A stretch of 64,000 nucleotides of DNA, taken from the NCBI GenBank assembly GCA_964291315.2, contig OZ219750.1:480001-544000 (forward strand). The letters are read 5' to 3'. Under the pieces are notes generated by a model. The model saw nothing but the letters and a program-made list of their open reading frames with translations. It was not told the origin of the DNA and made no database searches. This document shows, in pieces, positions 50,252 through 61,441 of the stretch. Numbering within the stretch: the first letter of the stretch is position 1; each line of letters starts with the position of its first letter. This DNA is from Candidatus Poribacteria bacterium. GTDB taxonomy: Bacteria > Poribacteria > WGA-4E > WGA-3G. A program made the position numbers and the translations under genes.

Positions 50252-51000
50252 GTTACCTGCTGTCCTAATGCGCGTCGATATGCTTTGACAGCGGCCTCCA
50301 TCCCGATGTAGAGTGCATCTGATATGAGATGATGACCGATGGAGACTTCGAGAAGTCCGGGTAATTTCTGCATCAATGGTAGGTTGTCGAGATTCAGATC
50401 ATGCCCTGCGTTAATTCCAAGTCCTAAATCTTTTGCCTTGCCTGCTGCACTTTCTATCAACGTGAATTCGCGTTCCACCTCCGATTGGGTTTGTGCCATG
50501 GCGTAAGGAGCCGTATAGAGTTCGATTCTATCTGTCCCAATATTGCGCGTCATCCGTATTTGCTCAATATCCGTTCCACTAAACAAACTAACACGTATCC
50601 CTATATCTTTCAGGGCTGCGATAATCGGCTTTAACATGTCCCCGTCTTTATAGAGGTCCCAGACGGTGTGGCTTGTTATCTCTCCGGATACAACCGGAAC
50701 GAGCGTGCATTGTGTAGGTTTTGTACGAAGTACCATATCGATGAAATCCGGCCTCGGATCGCCTTCAATGTTATATTCGATGGTGGGTGATTGTTGAGTA
50801 TTGATTTTTATTAATCTTTCATTGATGTGCTGTACATCCATAGGTGTGATATGGCGTTGGTCTTCGCGTGGATGCACCGTGATACCTTGTGCGCCAGCTT
50901 CGGCACAAGTATCGACAGCAGTGAGCAAATCTGGAATGTCACCGCCTCGGGAGTTTCGCAAAGTTGCAATTTTGTTTACATTAACACTGAGCGAGATCAT
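50248..51000 (-). CDS. pdxJ: Pyridoxine 5'-phosphate synthase
   Basis: LSVNVNKIATLRNSRG, GITVHPREDQRHI, NAGHDLN, EVSIGH. Confidence 0.96.
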   Translation of the reverse strand: MISLSVNVNKIATLRNSRGGDIPDLLTAVDTCAEAGAQGITVHPREDQRHITPMDVQHINERLIKINTQQSPTIEYNIEGDPRPDFIDMVLRTKPTQCTLVPVVSGEITSHTVWDLYKDGDMLKPIIAALKDIGIRVSLFSGTDIEQIRMTRNIGTDRIELYTAPYAMAQTQSEVEREFTLIESAAGKAKDLGLGINAGHDLNLDNLPLMQKLPGLLEVSIGHHLISDALYIGMEAAVKAYRRALGQQVT

Positions 51001-51049
51001 TTTTTTCCTTTGTTGTGTTTTTTATTTTTTTTCTCATCACGGTTAGAAA

Positions 51050-52471
51050 TTACGGGAAAATACCTAACTGCATATAAGACCTTGCGATCCTGTGAATGGC
51101 ATTGATAAACGCTGCTGTCCGATAATCTATGTCTTTTTTGTTGTTTCTATATTGCATGCGGGTCTCTCGTGTTTCTTGATAAGCGGTTATCATAGTATCC
51201 TGAAGTCCAGAGTTTACGAGGTCCTTTTCGTCGGCACCGTGTATCAGTGCAAGTTCATCTTCCGAGAATTTATAGCTAGTTGCCTTTTCAACGGCCTGAC
51301 GCATGATATATTGTGTGCGGTCCTCAAAGCGTTTACCGAGTCTTCCAAACCGCACATGCGACAAATTCCGAAGCCACTCGAAATAAGAGACTGCCACCCC
51401 GCCGGCGTTGAGGAAGGTATCCGGTATAATGAGGATTCCCCGTTTTTGAAGGATTTCATCTGCGTCGGGTGCCGTGGGGCCGTTCGCAGCTTCTGCAATA
51501 ATAGAAGCTTTAATGTGAGGGGCGTTTGCTGCTGTAAGTTGGTTTTCAAGTGCAGCTGGCATGAGGATATCACATTCTAACTCTAAACCGTCGTTCGGAT
51601 TTTCAATAAGTTCAGCCCCCGGATACCCTCGGATTGAGCCTGTTTCTGCACGATACGTCGCAACTTTTTCGACATCAAACCCTCGTGGGTCATGGATACC
51701 ACCGTCTCGCTCAATAATCCCGATAACACGCGCATCCGCCTCCATGAGGAACTTGGCAGCATGATATCCGACGTTACCGAAACCTTGAACAACGACGCTT
51801 TTACCATGTAAACCTGTGGATAGCCCGAGCGGCTTCATATCCTCTGCAAAACTGCATGCCTCTTCCAAGCCGAAGGCAACACCGCGTCCGGTAGCCTCTT
51901 TGCGCCCGTGAATTCCGTTTTGTTCAATTGGCTTGCCTGTGACACAAGCGATCGCGTTAAGTTTGTCAGGGGCCATTGTGATATAGGTATCCAGAATCCA
52001 CGCCATCTCCGTCTCCCCCGTTCCGAAATCCGGTGCTGGCACGTCTACTCCGGGCCCGATATAATTCTTCTGGATTAGTTCATAGGTATAACGGCGGGTG
52101 ATACGCTCCAATTCGCTTTCTGAGTATTCGCGCCTGTCTACCTGGATGCCGCCCTTGGCCCCGCCGAACGGGACATCAACAAGTGCACACTTGTACGTCA
52201 TCAAGGCAGCGAGTGCCATTGTCTCGTCTTCATTGACTAGCGTGCTATAGCGAATGCCCCCTTTCGTAGGGAGTTTATGGTGGCTGTGTTCTGCTCGCCA
52301 CCCGTGAATGGTTTGGATGGTTCCATCGTCCCGTTCGATGGGAAACGTGAAGTGGCAGGAGCTGTTGCAAATCTTTATCTGTTCCAAAAGCCCATGCGGA
52401 TATTCGGTGAATTGGGCAGCTTTGTCAAAATCCCTATTCACTTTCTGGAAAAATGAGAAACTTTCTGCCAT
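51050..52471 (-). CDS. gdhA: Glu/Leu/Phe/Val dehydrogenase (glutamate dehydrogenase)
   Basis: [55 protein letters not shown]. Confidence 0.93.
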   Translation of the reverse strand: MAESFSFFQKVNRDFDKAAQFTEYPHGLLEQIKICNSSCHFTFPIERDDGTIQTIHGWRAEHSHHKLPTKGGIRYSTLVNEDETMALAALMTYKCALVDVPFGGAKGGIQVDRREYSESELERITRRYTYELIQKNYIGPGVDVPAPDFGTGETEMAWILDTYITMAPDKLNAIACVTGKPIEQNGIHGRKEATGRGVAFGLEEACSFAEDMKPLGLSTGLHGKSVVVQGFGNVGYHAAKFLMEADARVIGIIERDGGIHDPRGFDVEKVATYRAETGSIRGYPGAELIENPNDGLELECDILMPAALENQLTAANAPHIKASIIAEAANGPTAPDADEILQKRGILIIPDTFLNAGGVAVSYFEWLRNLSHVRFGRLGKRFEDRTQYIMRQAVEKATSYKFSEDELALIHGADEKDLVNSGLQDTMITAYQETRETRMQYRNNKKDIDYRTAAFINAIHRIARSYMQLGIFP

Positions 52472-52570
52472 AATGTATTAAGGGGCGATGCAGGAGCTCG
52501 CCAGTAAATTATAGTAAATAATGTAGGCCCGCGCGAGAAGGCGCGGGGCCCCTAATTCTATAAACCGGTA

Positions 52571-53437
52571 CTATGTTCTATGGTGTCGAATGAATTTCTG
52601 GAGTCTGGCATCCGCTTGAACCTCACCGACATACATATCGCCTTGTGAATCCAGCCAGATCCCGTGCGGGCATGCGAAAAACTCGCCGGGGACGGTACTA
52701 CCGCGTTTGTTACCCCATTGTGAGACGACTTCACCGTCGAGGGTCATGATAGTGATACGTTGACCTAACTCGGCTATGTACACGATATTCTCTTTGTCTA
52801 TATAGATAGTGTCCGGCTGCAGCAAGTTTCCCCACTCTTCAATGTATTCTCCGTCCAATGTGAAGAATTGGATTCGATTGTTCTCGCGATCAGCGACCAT
52901 AAGTCTATTGCGCGGGTCGATTCTGACACAATGTGGGAGATCGAACTCTCCGGGTCCCGTCCCGGGCTGTCCCCATGACTTAATCAACTCACCGTCGGGT
53001 GAGTATTTATGGACGCGGGCATTGCCGTAGCCGTCGGTGATGTACATTTCGCCCTCAGGACCGAGTGCCAAATCTGTGGGTTTATTAAAGGGTTCTCCGT
53101 CTGCCCCGGGTTTATCTGGTGTGCCGAGTGTCATCAATAACTCGCCTTCGGATGTAAACTTTCGCATGAGGTGTGTGTCCCGCTCTGTACAATAGATATT
53201 GTCGTCGGCATCGATGAAAATGCCGTGGGCGTCCTTGAGAATGTCGTCACCCCAGGCAGTAAGAAAATTGCCATCTCGGTCAAAGACAACCATCGGATGT
53301 TCACTCCGACTATAGACGTAAATCCGGTCCTGGGAGTCAACAGCGACAGCGGGAATCCAGCCAAATTGCCAACCCTCTGGGAGTGTCCACCAATTCTCTT
53401 GCACAGTATATTGATGTGTGCCTTGTCCAAAAACCAT
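52571..53437 (-). CDS. NHL repeat beta-propeller protein (peptidyl-alpha-hydroxyglycine lyase-like)
   Basis: FNKPTDLA, DGYGNARVHKY, GEFDLPH, VADRENNRIQ.F, PHGI..D. Confidence 0.88.
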   Translation of the reverse strand: MVFGQGTHQYTVQENWWTLPEGWQFGWIPAVAVDSQDRIYVYSRSEHPMVVFDRDGNFLTAWGDDILKDAHGIFIDADDNIYCTERDTHLMRKFTSEGELLMTLGTPDKPGADGEPFNKPTDLALGPEGEMYITDGYGNARVHKYSPDGELIKSWGQPGTGPGEFDLPHCVRIDPRNRLMVADRENNRIQFFTLDGEYIEEWGNLLQPDTIYIDKENIVYIAELGQRITIMTLDGEVVSQWGNKRGSTVPGEFFACPHGIWLDSQGDMYVGEVQADARLQKFIRHHRT

Positions 53438-53546
53438 AAATTTCCCCTATTCTAAAAGGAATTGGCTTCTATTTTAGCAGGTTTGCTGTAATTTCTCAAA
53501 AGGAATTTAGTTTCGTTTATCGTCTGTCGACCTCCTGCAGGTTGGT

Positions 53547-56500
53547 TTAATCGACAAGAATTTGATTAAAAAGTGTACGAGTTGTCTCTGTCCATTTTCC
53601 GTAATCTTGCAAAAAAGCCTCGGAGGTAGCTGTGTCTTTGGTTTCTATGTATCCGAGTCGTCGTGCAAGTTGCGCTAATTCCGTGCGATTTCTGGGAAGT
53701 GCATCCGAGGCTCGGTCATGAACAATTCGTAGTGCGTTTTCGACACGTCTCAGGAATTGATATGCTTTGGTTAAATCGTCGCGTTGTGCTTCTGTTAGGA
53801 CACCGATTTTGTGCAATCTTTCAATTGCGCAGGGCGTATTTTGCACCCGGATAGAAGGGGCTTTACCGCCGTGCACCAGTTGGAGGGTTTGTACTGCGAA
53901 TTCAATATCTACAAGTCCACCGTATCCTGATTTAACATCCGCAATTGGTGTTTGCGTTTTGCCCCGTCTTCTACGTCGAGTGGCGGGTTTCTGAGTCGCT
54001 TGTGCTTCCTTCCGCTGGCGTGTGTGCACAATCTCTGCGATTTCTTTAGGCGTTAGTGCTGTTCCGTAACAGAAGGCGTGGGCGATGCCCAAAAATTGAT
54101 TTCCGAGTTGTTCTGTGTCGCCTGCAACAACACGTGCTCGCGTTAGTGCCTGCCGTTCCCAGACTGCTGCAGTGTTATCATAGTAATTCTGATATCCTGT
54201 TAATGATAGGGCAATCGCGCCTCCTGTCCCGTATGGACGCAGTCGCAGATCAATTTCATAGATACCCATTCCCTGGTCCCCAGCAAGCCGTTTTACGAAC
54301 TCTAAACCGACAGCTGAAAAATAGTCTGCATTTGGCATGCCGCGCGTCGTTTCGCCATCCTCCGAATAGACGAACATGACATCTAAATCTGAGCTGAAAT
54401 TCAATTCGCGTCCTCCAAATTTACCCATTCCAACGATTGCGAATGTCGCTGGGGTGCCATCTGGGGTAAGCGGGGTGCCGTGTATTTCTTGCATTTCTGA
54501 TTCAGTCTCTGAGTAGACAGCTTGCAAGATCGCTTCCGCTAAATCAGAAAGTTCTTGCGTTGTATCTGGCAATGTAGCGTTACCGAGAATATTCCGCAAA
54601 GCGATACGCCAAATCTCATCGTTTTTGTAACACCGCAACATAGACAGTATCGGTTCCTTGGGTGTCCTTTTGACGATTTGCAGTGCTTCTGTCTGTTTCT
54701 CAACGATTGTCTTAGAACGTTCTACTAATGTTGGTATCGTCAACAGATCAAAGAGTTCAGGACTTGTGATGAGCATATCCGCGAGATAGAGGCTGCTGCC
54801 ACAAACGCGAGTCAGCACTTCAAGCGTTGAAGGTTTTTCCACGAACATAGTGTAGTAGCTGCTCCGTGCCCCGACTTTATCTGTGAATGCTGACAGATAA
54901 CGGAGGGCCATGTCCGGATTAGGGGAATCTCGTAAAACATTTAGGAGCGTTGGAGCGAGTTTGAAAAAAGTACGCCGCACATTTGGTGAGAATTGGATGC
55001 CGTCGCCACCGTTGGCAAGTTGTCTTAAAAGGCGCTGGGCTTCCCGCACATTTTCAAAACGGAACGCACTCAAAAAGTTCTCTAGCTGCTGTGGATCCTC
55101 TTCGGAAAGCAGGACGGCGATGTCGACCTGCCCTTCGGATTCAATCGAGGTTGTGGTGATTTTCTGAAAGATATTGCGCACCCGTTCAGTATGTAATCGG
55201 TAATCTGTGCGGAATGTTCCCAGGGCGTCTATTTCTACAGTATGCTGATAGCCGACCCGGCGGGCGAGTTCGCGTTCTTCGGTTTCTCTGTCGGGAATAG
55301 TATACCGCTGCTGATCGGCCTCAATTTGGATGGAATTCTCAACGGTACGTAAGAACCGATAAGCATCAGCGAGCATCTCCGCATCTTCTGGGTTAAGAAA
55401 CGTGTTTTCCTTTAACGCAGCAATTGCTTCGAGTGTGTTATGTGAGCATAACGATTTACGTTTGGCACCGTGAATCATTTGTAAGCACTGAACGGTGAAT
55501 TCGATGTCGCGAATACCGCCGGGGCCTAGTTTCACATGCTTTTCGAGATTTGTCCCGTCATTAACGAGTCGTTCCTCTATCCGTGCTTTGGTGCGTCGAA
55601 TATCCGCCTTTATCTCGCTGAGCGTTACACCGTCTAAGTACCGTTGATATACAAATGGCTGGATCATACGAATGAACGCGTCGCCGAATGCCATATCTCC
55701 AGCAACAGGGCGGGCTTTAATTAAAGCTTGACGTTCCCACAGATCGCCCCACCCCTCATAGTAGCTTTCATAACTTTCCATAGAACGTATGATAACCCCG
55801 GAGCTGCTTTCAGGACGTAAACGGATGTCAACCCGAAAGACGTAACCGGCTGCAGTTATCTCACTCATCGCCTTGATGATAAATTCGCAGAGCCTCGAAA
55901 AGTACTCGCTGTTTTCGTACCCCATATCTGTGTGCGCGTCATCTGAATAGACGAAGATGAGGTCGATGTCGGAGCTGAAGTTAAGCTCATATCCTCCTAA
56001 CTTTCCCATTCCAATCACAGCAAAACGGCATGGAGCATTGCTGTCTTCGTTGAGTGGTGTACCGAACCTCTCTTTCATTACCTGATCGTGTCCAATCTCG
56101 TAACAATGTTGCAACGCAGCTTCTGCTAGATTGCTTAATTCTAGTGTTGTAGTTTCGACATCCGTTATTTTCAATAGGTCGCGTAACCCGATACGGAGCG
56201 TTTCTCGCCGCTTGTATCGGCGGAGGATGCTGAGCTTCTGCTCGACCGAGGCGAAACGCGAAATTGATTGCTTCAGTTCCTGGTACATGATCGCGGAAGT
56301 TTTCTCGGTGTCCATTACGTCTGCATCAATAATGTCGTAGAAATATTCGGGTGTGCGAATCAAGGTTTCAGACAAGTAGGGGGATGCCCCGAAACTTAAA
56401 ACGAGCGGATGGGTGAAAAATGGAGCGTCTCGCAGCAGTCTATAGAGCGATTTTCGATTAAACGCAACCTGTGCGAAACGTGAAAAATGATTTAAAGCGG

Positions 56501-56714
56501 ATTCAGGGTTCGGAGTGTCTATAGCGGCTTCCAATACGTGGATGACAATGTCTGAAAAGTAGTCCTGAATGTCTGCATCATCGGTGGCGAGTTCTCGGAG
56601 GCTGCGCAGTATAGACTCGCTATCTATCTCACCGGCACGGTTGGATCCATCGGATAAAATCCGATGAATTTCTGTGCTCTGACGTTCTGGCAGCGGTAAT
56701 TCGGTGTAATTCAT
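53547..56714 (-). CDS. glnE: Bifunctional glutamine synthetase adenylyltransferase/adenylyl-removing enzyme
   Basis: Two nucleotidyltransferase halves: GMGKLGGYELNFSSDIDL and GMGKFGGRELNFSSDLDV, WERQAL twice, GGIRDIEF / GGLVDIEF; start taken as MNYTELP. Confidence 0.95.
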   Translation of the reverse strand: MNYTELPLPERQSTEIHRILSDGSNRAGEIDSESILRSLRELATDDADIQDYFSDIVIHVLEAAIDTPNPESALNHFSRFAQVAFNRKSLYRLLRDAPFFTHPLVLSFGASPYLSETLIRTPEYFYDIIDADVMDTEKTSAIMYQELKQSISRFASVEQKLSILRRYKRRETLRIGLRDLLKITDVETTTLELSNLAEAALQHCYEIGHDQVMKERFGTPLNEDSNAPCRFAVIGMGKLGGYELNFSSDIDLIFVYSDDAHTDMGYENSEYFSRLCEFIIKAMSEITAAGYVFRVDIRLRPESSSGVIIRSMESYESYYEGWGDLWERQALIKARPVAGDMAFGDAFIRMIQPFVYQRYLDGVTLSEIKADIRRTKARIEERLVNDGTNLEKHVKLGPGGIRDIEFTVQCLQMIHGAKRKSLCSHNTLEAIAALKENTFLNPEDAEMLADAYRFLRTVENSIQIEADQQRYTIPDRETEERELARRVGYQHTVEIDALGTFRTDYRLHTERVRNIFQKITTTSIESEGQVDIAVLLSEEDPQQLENFLSAFRFENVREAQRLLRQLANGGDGIQFSPNVRRTFFKLAPTLLNVLRDSPNPDMALRYLSAFTDKVGARSSYYTMFVEKPSTLEVLTRVCGSSLYLADMLITSPELFDLLTIPTLVERSKTIVEKQTEALQIVKRTPKEPILSMLRCYKNDEIWRIALRNILGNATLPDTTQELSDLAEAILQAVYSETESEMQEIHGTPLTPDGTPATFAIVGMGKFGGRELNFSSDLDVMFVYSEDGETTRGMPNADYFSAVGLEFVKRLAGDQGMGIYEIDLRLRPYGTGGAIALSLTGYQNYYDNTAAVWERQALTRARVVAGDTEQLGNQFLGIAHAFCYGTALTPKEIAEIVHTRQRKEAQATQKPATRRRRRGKTQTPIADVKSGYGGLVDIEFAVQTLQLVHGGKAPSIRVQNTPCAIERLHKIGVLTEAQRDDLTKAYQFLRRVENALRIVHDRASDALPRNRTELAQLARRLGYIETKDTATSEAFLQDYGKWTETTRTLFNQILVD

Positions 56715-57062
56715 CGCTGTCTCCTCTGCAGCATGGAACACTACAATTAATTGTATTTTAACACGTTTTGGCCTTCGTTGCAAACCAATTTTCCGTACTT
56801 ATACCATTTCTTGCTCTGCCATTTCTCACTCCTATATTAGCATTTCCTAGTGCAGTCTATGGACTAATCCGATCTCATCGATGCGGAAAATGGTGGTTTT
56901 AAAGAAAGTAGGAGGCATGAGCTCCGTGCCGTAATTTTGGTGATCAAGGTTTTTGCGCTTCGCCCGGTCCGTTTTAATCTATAGATAAAAAACAGAATCC
57001 TGCTTGTTATTAACGTTGCTATGTGCTAACATAATCAAAAAATCTTCTAAGGAGACACGACT

Positions 57063-57932
57063 ATGTTTAAAATCGGTGTTATCGGTGATGAAGTCTCTCA
57101 GGACTTTGCCACTGTTGTCAATTTTGTAAAAGAATTCAGTCTACACTCCATCGAAATTCGTTCGGTTTGGAATAAACTTCCGCACGAGCTCACCGGGGCC
57201 GACATAGACGAAATAAAACGCTTGCTCGACGGTACCGATATAGAGATTATCGGTATTGCCTCCCCATTCTTTAAGTGTGATATGGACAATGCTGAGGAGC
57301 GGAAAGAGCACCTTGATATATTGAGAGGGTGTATCCGCACAGTAAGAGCGTTTGATACCAACCTCATCCGTACCTTCGTCTTTTGGGACACCGGGGAAAC
57401 CGAGAGGCGTTGGGACGAGATTATCGCTTCCTACGATGAACCGCGCAGAATAATAGACGGTGAGGGCATTGTGCTCGGTATGGAAAACGAATCCACCACC
57501 TCGCTCCGTACTGCTAAGCTCACAGCAAAATTCATTGAACAGATTGATTCACCAAATATCCGCGGTATCTGGGATCCTGCCAACGAGGCACACGCAAAAG
57601 GTGGTGAAACTCCGTATCCTGATGCCTATAACCGCATGAAATCGACGATGATCCATGCCCACCTCAAGGACGCGGGACCAAATCCAGATACCTGCGAAAT
57701 GGAGTCTGTGCCCGTCGGCACCGGTATTATCGATTGGCAAGGCCAGCTGCAAGCTTTGATTGATGACGGCTATGAAGGTCATCTCTCCCTCGAAACGCAT
57801 TGGCGGCCCTCATTGAAAATTGACGACGCAATTCTCAACCGTCCCGCAGGACAAGCCTTCTCTGAAGCTGGTGAGGAAGCTTCGCGCATTTGTATCCAAA
57901 ATCTGTTGGCGATGATCGATAACTTAAAATAA
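57063..57932 (+). CDS. Sugar phosphate isomerase/epimerase (AP endonuclease 2 TIM barrel)
   Basis: GMENE, WDPAN, HAHLKD, PVGTG.IDW, SLETH. Confidence 0.88.
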   Translation: MFKIGVIGDEVSQDFATVVNFVKEFSLHSIEIRSVWNKLPHELTGADIDEIKRLLDGTDIEIIGIASPFFKCDMDNAEERKEHLDILRGCIRTVRAFDTNLIRTFVFWDTGETERRWDEIIASYDEPRRIIDGEGIVLGMENESTTSLRTAKLTAKFIEQIDSPNIRGIWDPANEAHAKGGETPYPDAYNRMKSTMIHAHLKDAGPNPDTCEMESVPVGTGIIDWQGQLQALIDDGYEGHLSLETHWRPSLKIDDAILNRPAGQAFSEAGEEASRICIQNLLAMIDNLK

Positions 57933-57951
57933 CAGGCAAATTCGAATCAAG

Positions 57952-58610
57952 ATGAAAGCGACTTGTTCATCTCTTTATAATGTTCTGTCTGATATTGAGG
58001 TTGAAAACGCAGATGGGTTTGTCGTGACTAGTTTTCCCACACTATCGGCAAAAGGGCGAGGTGATAAAATAGATTATGGATGCTTATTCGGACGCTGTAA
58101 TCTTCACGAAGAGGTGGCCCTAATCTCTGCTATTAGAAAGGCGGTCGGGGGGGATGTCCGCGAAGCTATTCAACTCGTCTGTCGTATTGAGTGGAAGGAC
58201 TTTTCTGGTTTGAGGAGCCAATTGAGAGAGACAATGTGGGGAATTGCGCTGCGCCAGAGAATAGCCATTCGAATTGCTGTAGGTGAAGCAACTTACGAAT
58301 AAATATGTCTTTTAAGGAATACATTGCACAAGGCGCAGTGGACATTCTACAATCTGATGTTGTCTATGTGGGCGGTATTTCTGAATGGATGAAGATTTCA
58401 CATGCAGCGGGATACTTCGGATTTGCGCATCTCCGGACTTCTTGATGGATTTGCACGTACGTTTCTCGGCGGCAGGTGCCCGTTCATTCTCTATTTGTTG
58501 AGTATACCTTCGTGCTCATGAATGGACACTTTTCACTGCTAGATCGTCCCGGGCACGACATTTTTTCGACAAACAGAAGCTCGCTCAGTACCAAATATTG
58601 TAGAAGCAAT
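57952..58610 (+). pseudogene. Heavily decayed mandelate racemase/muconate lactonizing enzyme family gene
   Basis: Fragments in several frames: AIRKAVG.D, IAVGE, FKEYIAQGAVDILQSDV..VGGISEWMKI, LFVEY, DRPGH. Confidence 0.72.
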
Positions 58611-58674
58611 AACATATTACGGGAGAAAACCGCGTATGGGCTTTCCAAAGGTCCTGCTATTTTGAGGAGAACTC

Positions 58675-59385
58675 GTGAAACTTGAAAACCGTATTGCAAT
58701 TATCACAGGCGGCGGACGCGGCATCGGCCGCTCAACTGCTTTAGCATTCGCTAGAGAGGGTGCCGATATTGTGCTTGCCGCGCGGACAAATACCGAGATC
58801 AACGCTGTCGCTCAAGAAGTAGAGCGACTCGGCAGACGTGCACTCGCCATAAAAACCGATGTCCAGCTGAAAATAGATGTTGATGACATGGTTACCCAGA
58901 CTCTCAACACTTTTGGCAAGGTGGATATTCTGGTTAATAATGCCGGTGTAGCGATCCACAACCCGATTCCAAAAATTCGGGAAGAAGATTGGGATCTGAC
59001 GCTAGCAGTTAACCTTAAAGGGGTGTTTCTCGGTACACAAGCTGTTTTCGGTCACATGTGTGATCAGAAATACGGGCATATTGTCAATGTTTCCTCAGTT
59101 TCTGGCAAGTTCGGGCACGTCAACGGCGGAGCGTATTGTGCATCTAAGTTTGCTGTTGTTGGTTTCACCGAGACAACAAACAATGAGGGCAGATTGCACG
59201 GTGTGAAGGCCTCGGTTGTTTGTCCTGGTCCCGTGGATACCAAGATGCGTCGTGATAACCATCCGGACGATGTAATCGAGCATCTCACACTTCCGGAGGA
59301 TGTGGCGGATCTGATCCTATTTCTCGTGACACAACCCCAGCGTGCTCATACGCTTGAGACCGTTATTCGAACCCCTTTGATCTGA
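58675..59385 (+). CDS. SDR family oxidoreductase
   Basis: TGGGRGIG, NNAG, YCASK, CPG.V.T. Confidence 0.93.
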   Translation: MKLENRIAIITGGGRGIGRSTALAFAREGADIVLAARTNTEINAVAQEVERLGRRALAIKTDVQLKIDVDDMVTQTLNTFGKVDILVNNAGVAIHNPIPKIREEDWDLTLAVNLKGVFLGTQAVFGHMCDQKYGHIVNVSSVSGKFGHVNGGAYCASKFAVVGFTETTNNEGRLHGVKASVVCPGPVDTKMRRDNHPDDVIEHLTLPEDVADLILFLVTQPQRAHTLETVIRTPLI

Positions 59386-59421
59386 CTTTCAAAGCATGCG
59401 TTTAAATGCGTATTGACTGAA

Positions 59422-60186
59422 ATGTTTATTGATTCACACGCTCACATTCAGCTTCCTCAATTTAATCGGGATCGGGATGCCGTCCTAAGACGTGCAGACA
59501 GTGCTGCAGTCTCGGCTATCCTTGTCATCGGATTTGATATGGAGACTAGTCTCGGCGCAATAGAATTGGCAAAAAGACATCCGCGGATTTATGCCACTGC
59601 CGGGATGCACCCACACGACGCAAAAGACTTAACGCCTTGTGTACTTAAGACTTTTCGCGAACTCGCTGCACATCCGAAGGTGATCGCCCTCGGCGAAATG
59701 GGATTGGATTACTACCGGAACCTCTCACCGCGTCCAATCCAGAAAGATGTGTTTGAAAAACAGTTGGACCTGGCTGAGGTACTGCAGATGCCTGTGATCA
59801 TACACAACCGTGATGCATATATGGACATCTTACCTATCTTGGAAGCACGCCAAGGTAAGATTCAAGGCGTATTGCACTGCTTTACTGGCGATGTAAAATT
59901 AATGCGTAGAAGTCTTGACCTCGGTTTTCATATTGGTATCGGTGGAATTGTGACATATCCGAACGCAAAAGATATTCAAGTGGTTGTGAAGGAAGTGCCT
60001 GAAGATCGACTGCTCATAGAAACGGATTGTCCTTGGTTGGCACCGCAGTTTCGCCGCGGCAAACGGAATGAGCCTGCTTATGTTCTTGCCGTTGCGGAAA
60101 AGATTGCTGAACTTCGCGGGGTTTCCATAGAGATGATCGGAAAAATAACAACACAGAATTTCCATACCTTGTTTACACAAGTATGA
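59422..60186 (+). CDS. tatD: TatD family hydrolase
   Basis: MFIDSHAH, GMHPH, GEMGLDY, IIHNRDA, HCF, ETDCP.LAP, NEP. Confidence 0.92.
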   Translation: MFIDSHAHIQLPQFNRDRDAVLRRADSAAVSAILVIGFDMETSLGAIELAKRHPRIYATAGMHPHDAKDLTPCVLKTFRELAAHPKVIALGEMGLDYYRNLSPRPIQKDVFEKQLDLAEVLQMPVIIHNRDAYMDILPILEARQGKIQGVLHCFTGDVKLMRRSLDLGFHIGIGGIVTYPNAKDIQVVVKEVPEDRLLIETDCPWLAPQFRRGKRNEPAYVLAVAEKIAELRGVSIEMIGKITTQNFHTLFTQV

Positions 60187-61298
60187 AGCACCTGCATTTG
60201 CGCATGTATGCGATGGTGGTTGCCCTCGTTTGTGTTTGGGTGATCTTTACACTGCTAACCGGCGGCACCTTCCTCAGCGCACGTAACCTTTCTAACCTCT
60301 CCCGCCAGGCCGCTGTCACAGCTATCCTTTCTGTTGGCATGACACTAGTTATTGTTTCCGCTAACATCGATTTGTCTGTCGGCTACGGTGCCGGATTGCT
60401 CGGCGCCATTGCGGCAATCATGCACGTCTGGTGGGGGAAACCGATTGTCGTAACGCTCTTCGTTGTCATTTGCGTCGGGGTTCTGATGGGTTTGATGCAA
60501 GGCTATCTTGTGGCGTATCAACGAATTCCAGCATTTATTGTTACATTAGGGGGATTTTTGGCGTATCGCGGCTTGATGTTAGCCTTTACTAAAGGCGAAA
60601 CGATCCTATTGCCAGATAATTGGCTCAAAGCGATTGGTAATGCTTACCTTTCAACGACGCTCGGGTGGAGTCTCTTAATTGTTGGACTCGTTATTAGCGG
60701 ATATCGCTTTTATCGGCAGCGCACCGTGCAGTTGCAATACGGTACTGAAAAAAAAGTCCTGCATACCTTTGTATTAAAAGTAGTCGGAGTGTCGGTGCTC
60801 ATGTTGGGATTCGTCACCGTGATGAACGCCCACAAAGGCGTTCCATTCCCCGTGTGTATCCTGTTAGGATTGGCATTCGTATTTCATTTCGTCGCCAACC
60901 ACACCCGTTTTGGTCGTTATGTTTATGCGGTCGGCGGTAATGCAGAAGCTGCATATCTTTCCGGTGTCAATGTCCGCAGTATTACGCTGCGAGTGTTTGC
61001 GGGGATGGGGGCATTGATGGCGGTCGCTGGTGTTGTTCTTACCGCACGCGTCGGAAGTGCGAGTCCGGAAGCCGGACGGTTGCTGGAGCTAGATACTATC
61101 GCTGCCTGTGTCATCGGTGGTGCAAGTTTAATGGGTGGACGTGGGAGTGTCTTCGGTGCGATTTTAGGCGCATTCGTCATGGAGAGTCTTAACAACGGGA
61201 TGAGTATGGCGAATATGGATACTTCATGGCAGGACATCATCAAAGGCGTGGTACTCGTCACAGCAGTGGGTTTTGACATCGCATCACGACGGCGGTGA
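60183..61298 (+). CDS. Sugar ABC transporter permease (XylH-like)
   Basis: IDLSVG, IPAFIVTLG, T.FGRYVYAVGGN.EAA.LSG, ELD.IAA.VIGG.SL.GG.G. Confidence 0.92.
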   Translation: MKHLHLRMYAMVVALVCVWVIFTLLTGGTFLSARNLSNLSRQAAVTAILSVGMTLVIVSANIDLSVGYGAGLLGAIAAIMHVWWGKPIVVTLFVVICVGVLMGLMQGYLVAYQRIPAFIVTLGGFLAYRGLMLAFTKGETILLPDNWLKAIGNAYLSTTLGWSLLIVGLVISGYRFYRQRTVQLQYGTEKKVLHTFVLKVVGVSVLMLGFVTVMNAHKGVPFPVCILLGLAFVFHFVANHTRFGRYVYAVGGNAEAAYLSGVNVRSITLRVFAGMGALMAVAGVVLTARVGSASPEAGRLLELDTIAACVIGGASLMGGRGSVFGAILGAFVMESLNNGMSMANMDTSWQDIIKGVVLVTAVGFDIASRRR

Positions 61299-61441
61299 GG
61301 TGTCTGCATTTTTCTACTCAGATTTTTGTTAATGATGCAGTTGGCAATTTTATCAATTGGATGATTATATCTGGTTTGAGAGACGTTGAATTTCATGCTG
61401 TGAGACAGATTGCACACGTCCCGAGTCTTGTGTGAACGAGA

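Noticed and set aside
24643-53437. PHM-like and PAL-like genes as one amidation system
   Set aside because: They are 26 kb apart, and the NHL protein lacks a signal peptide while the monooxygenase is exported; no evidence of linkage.
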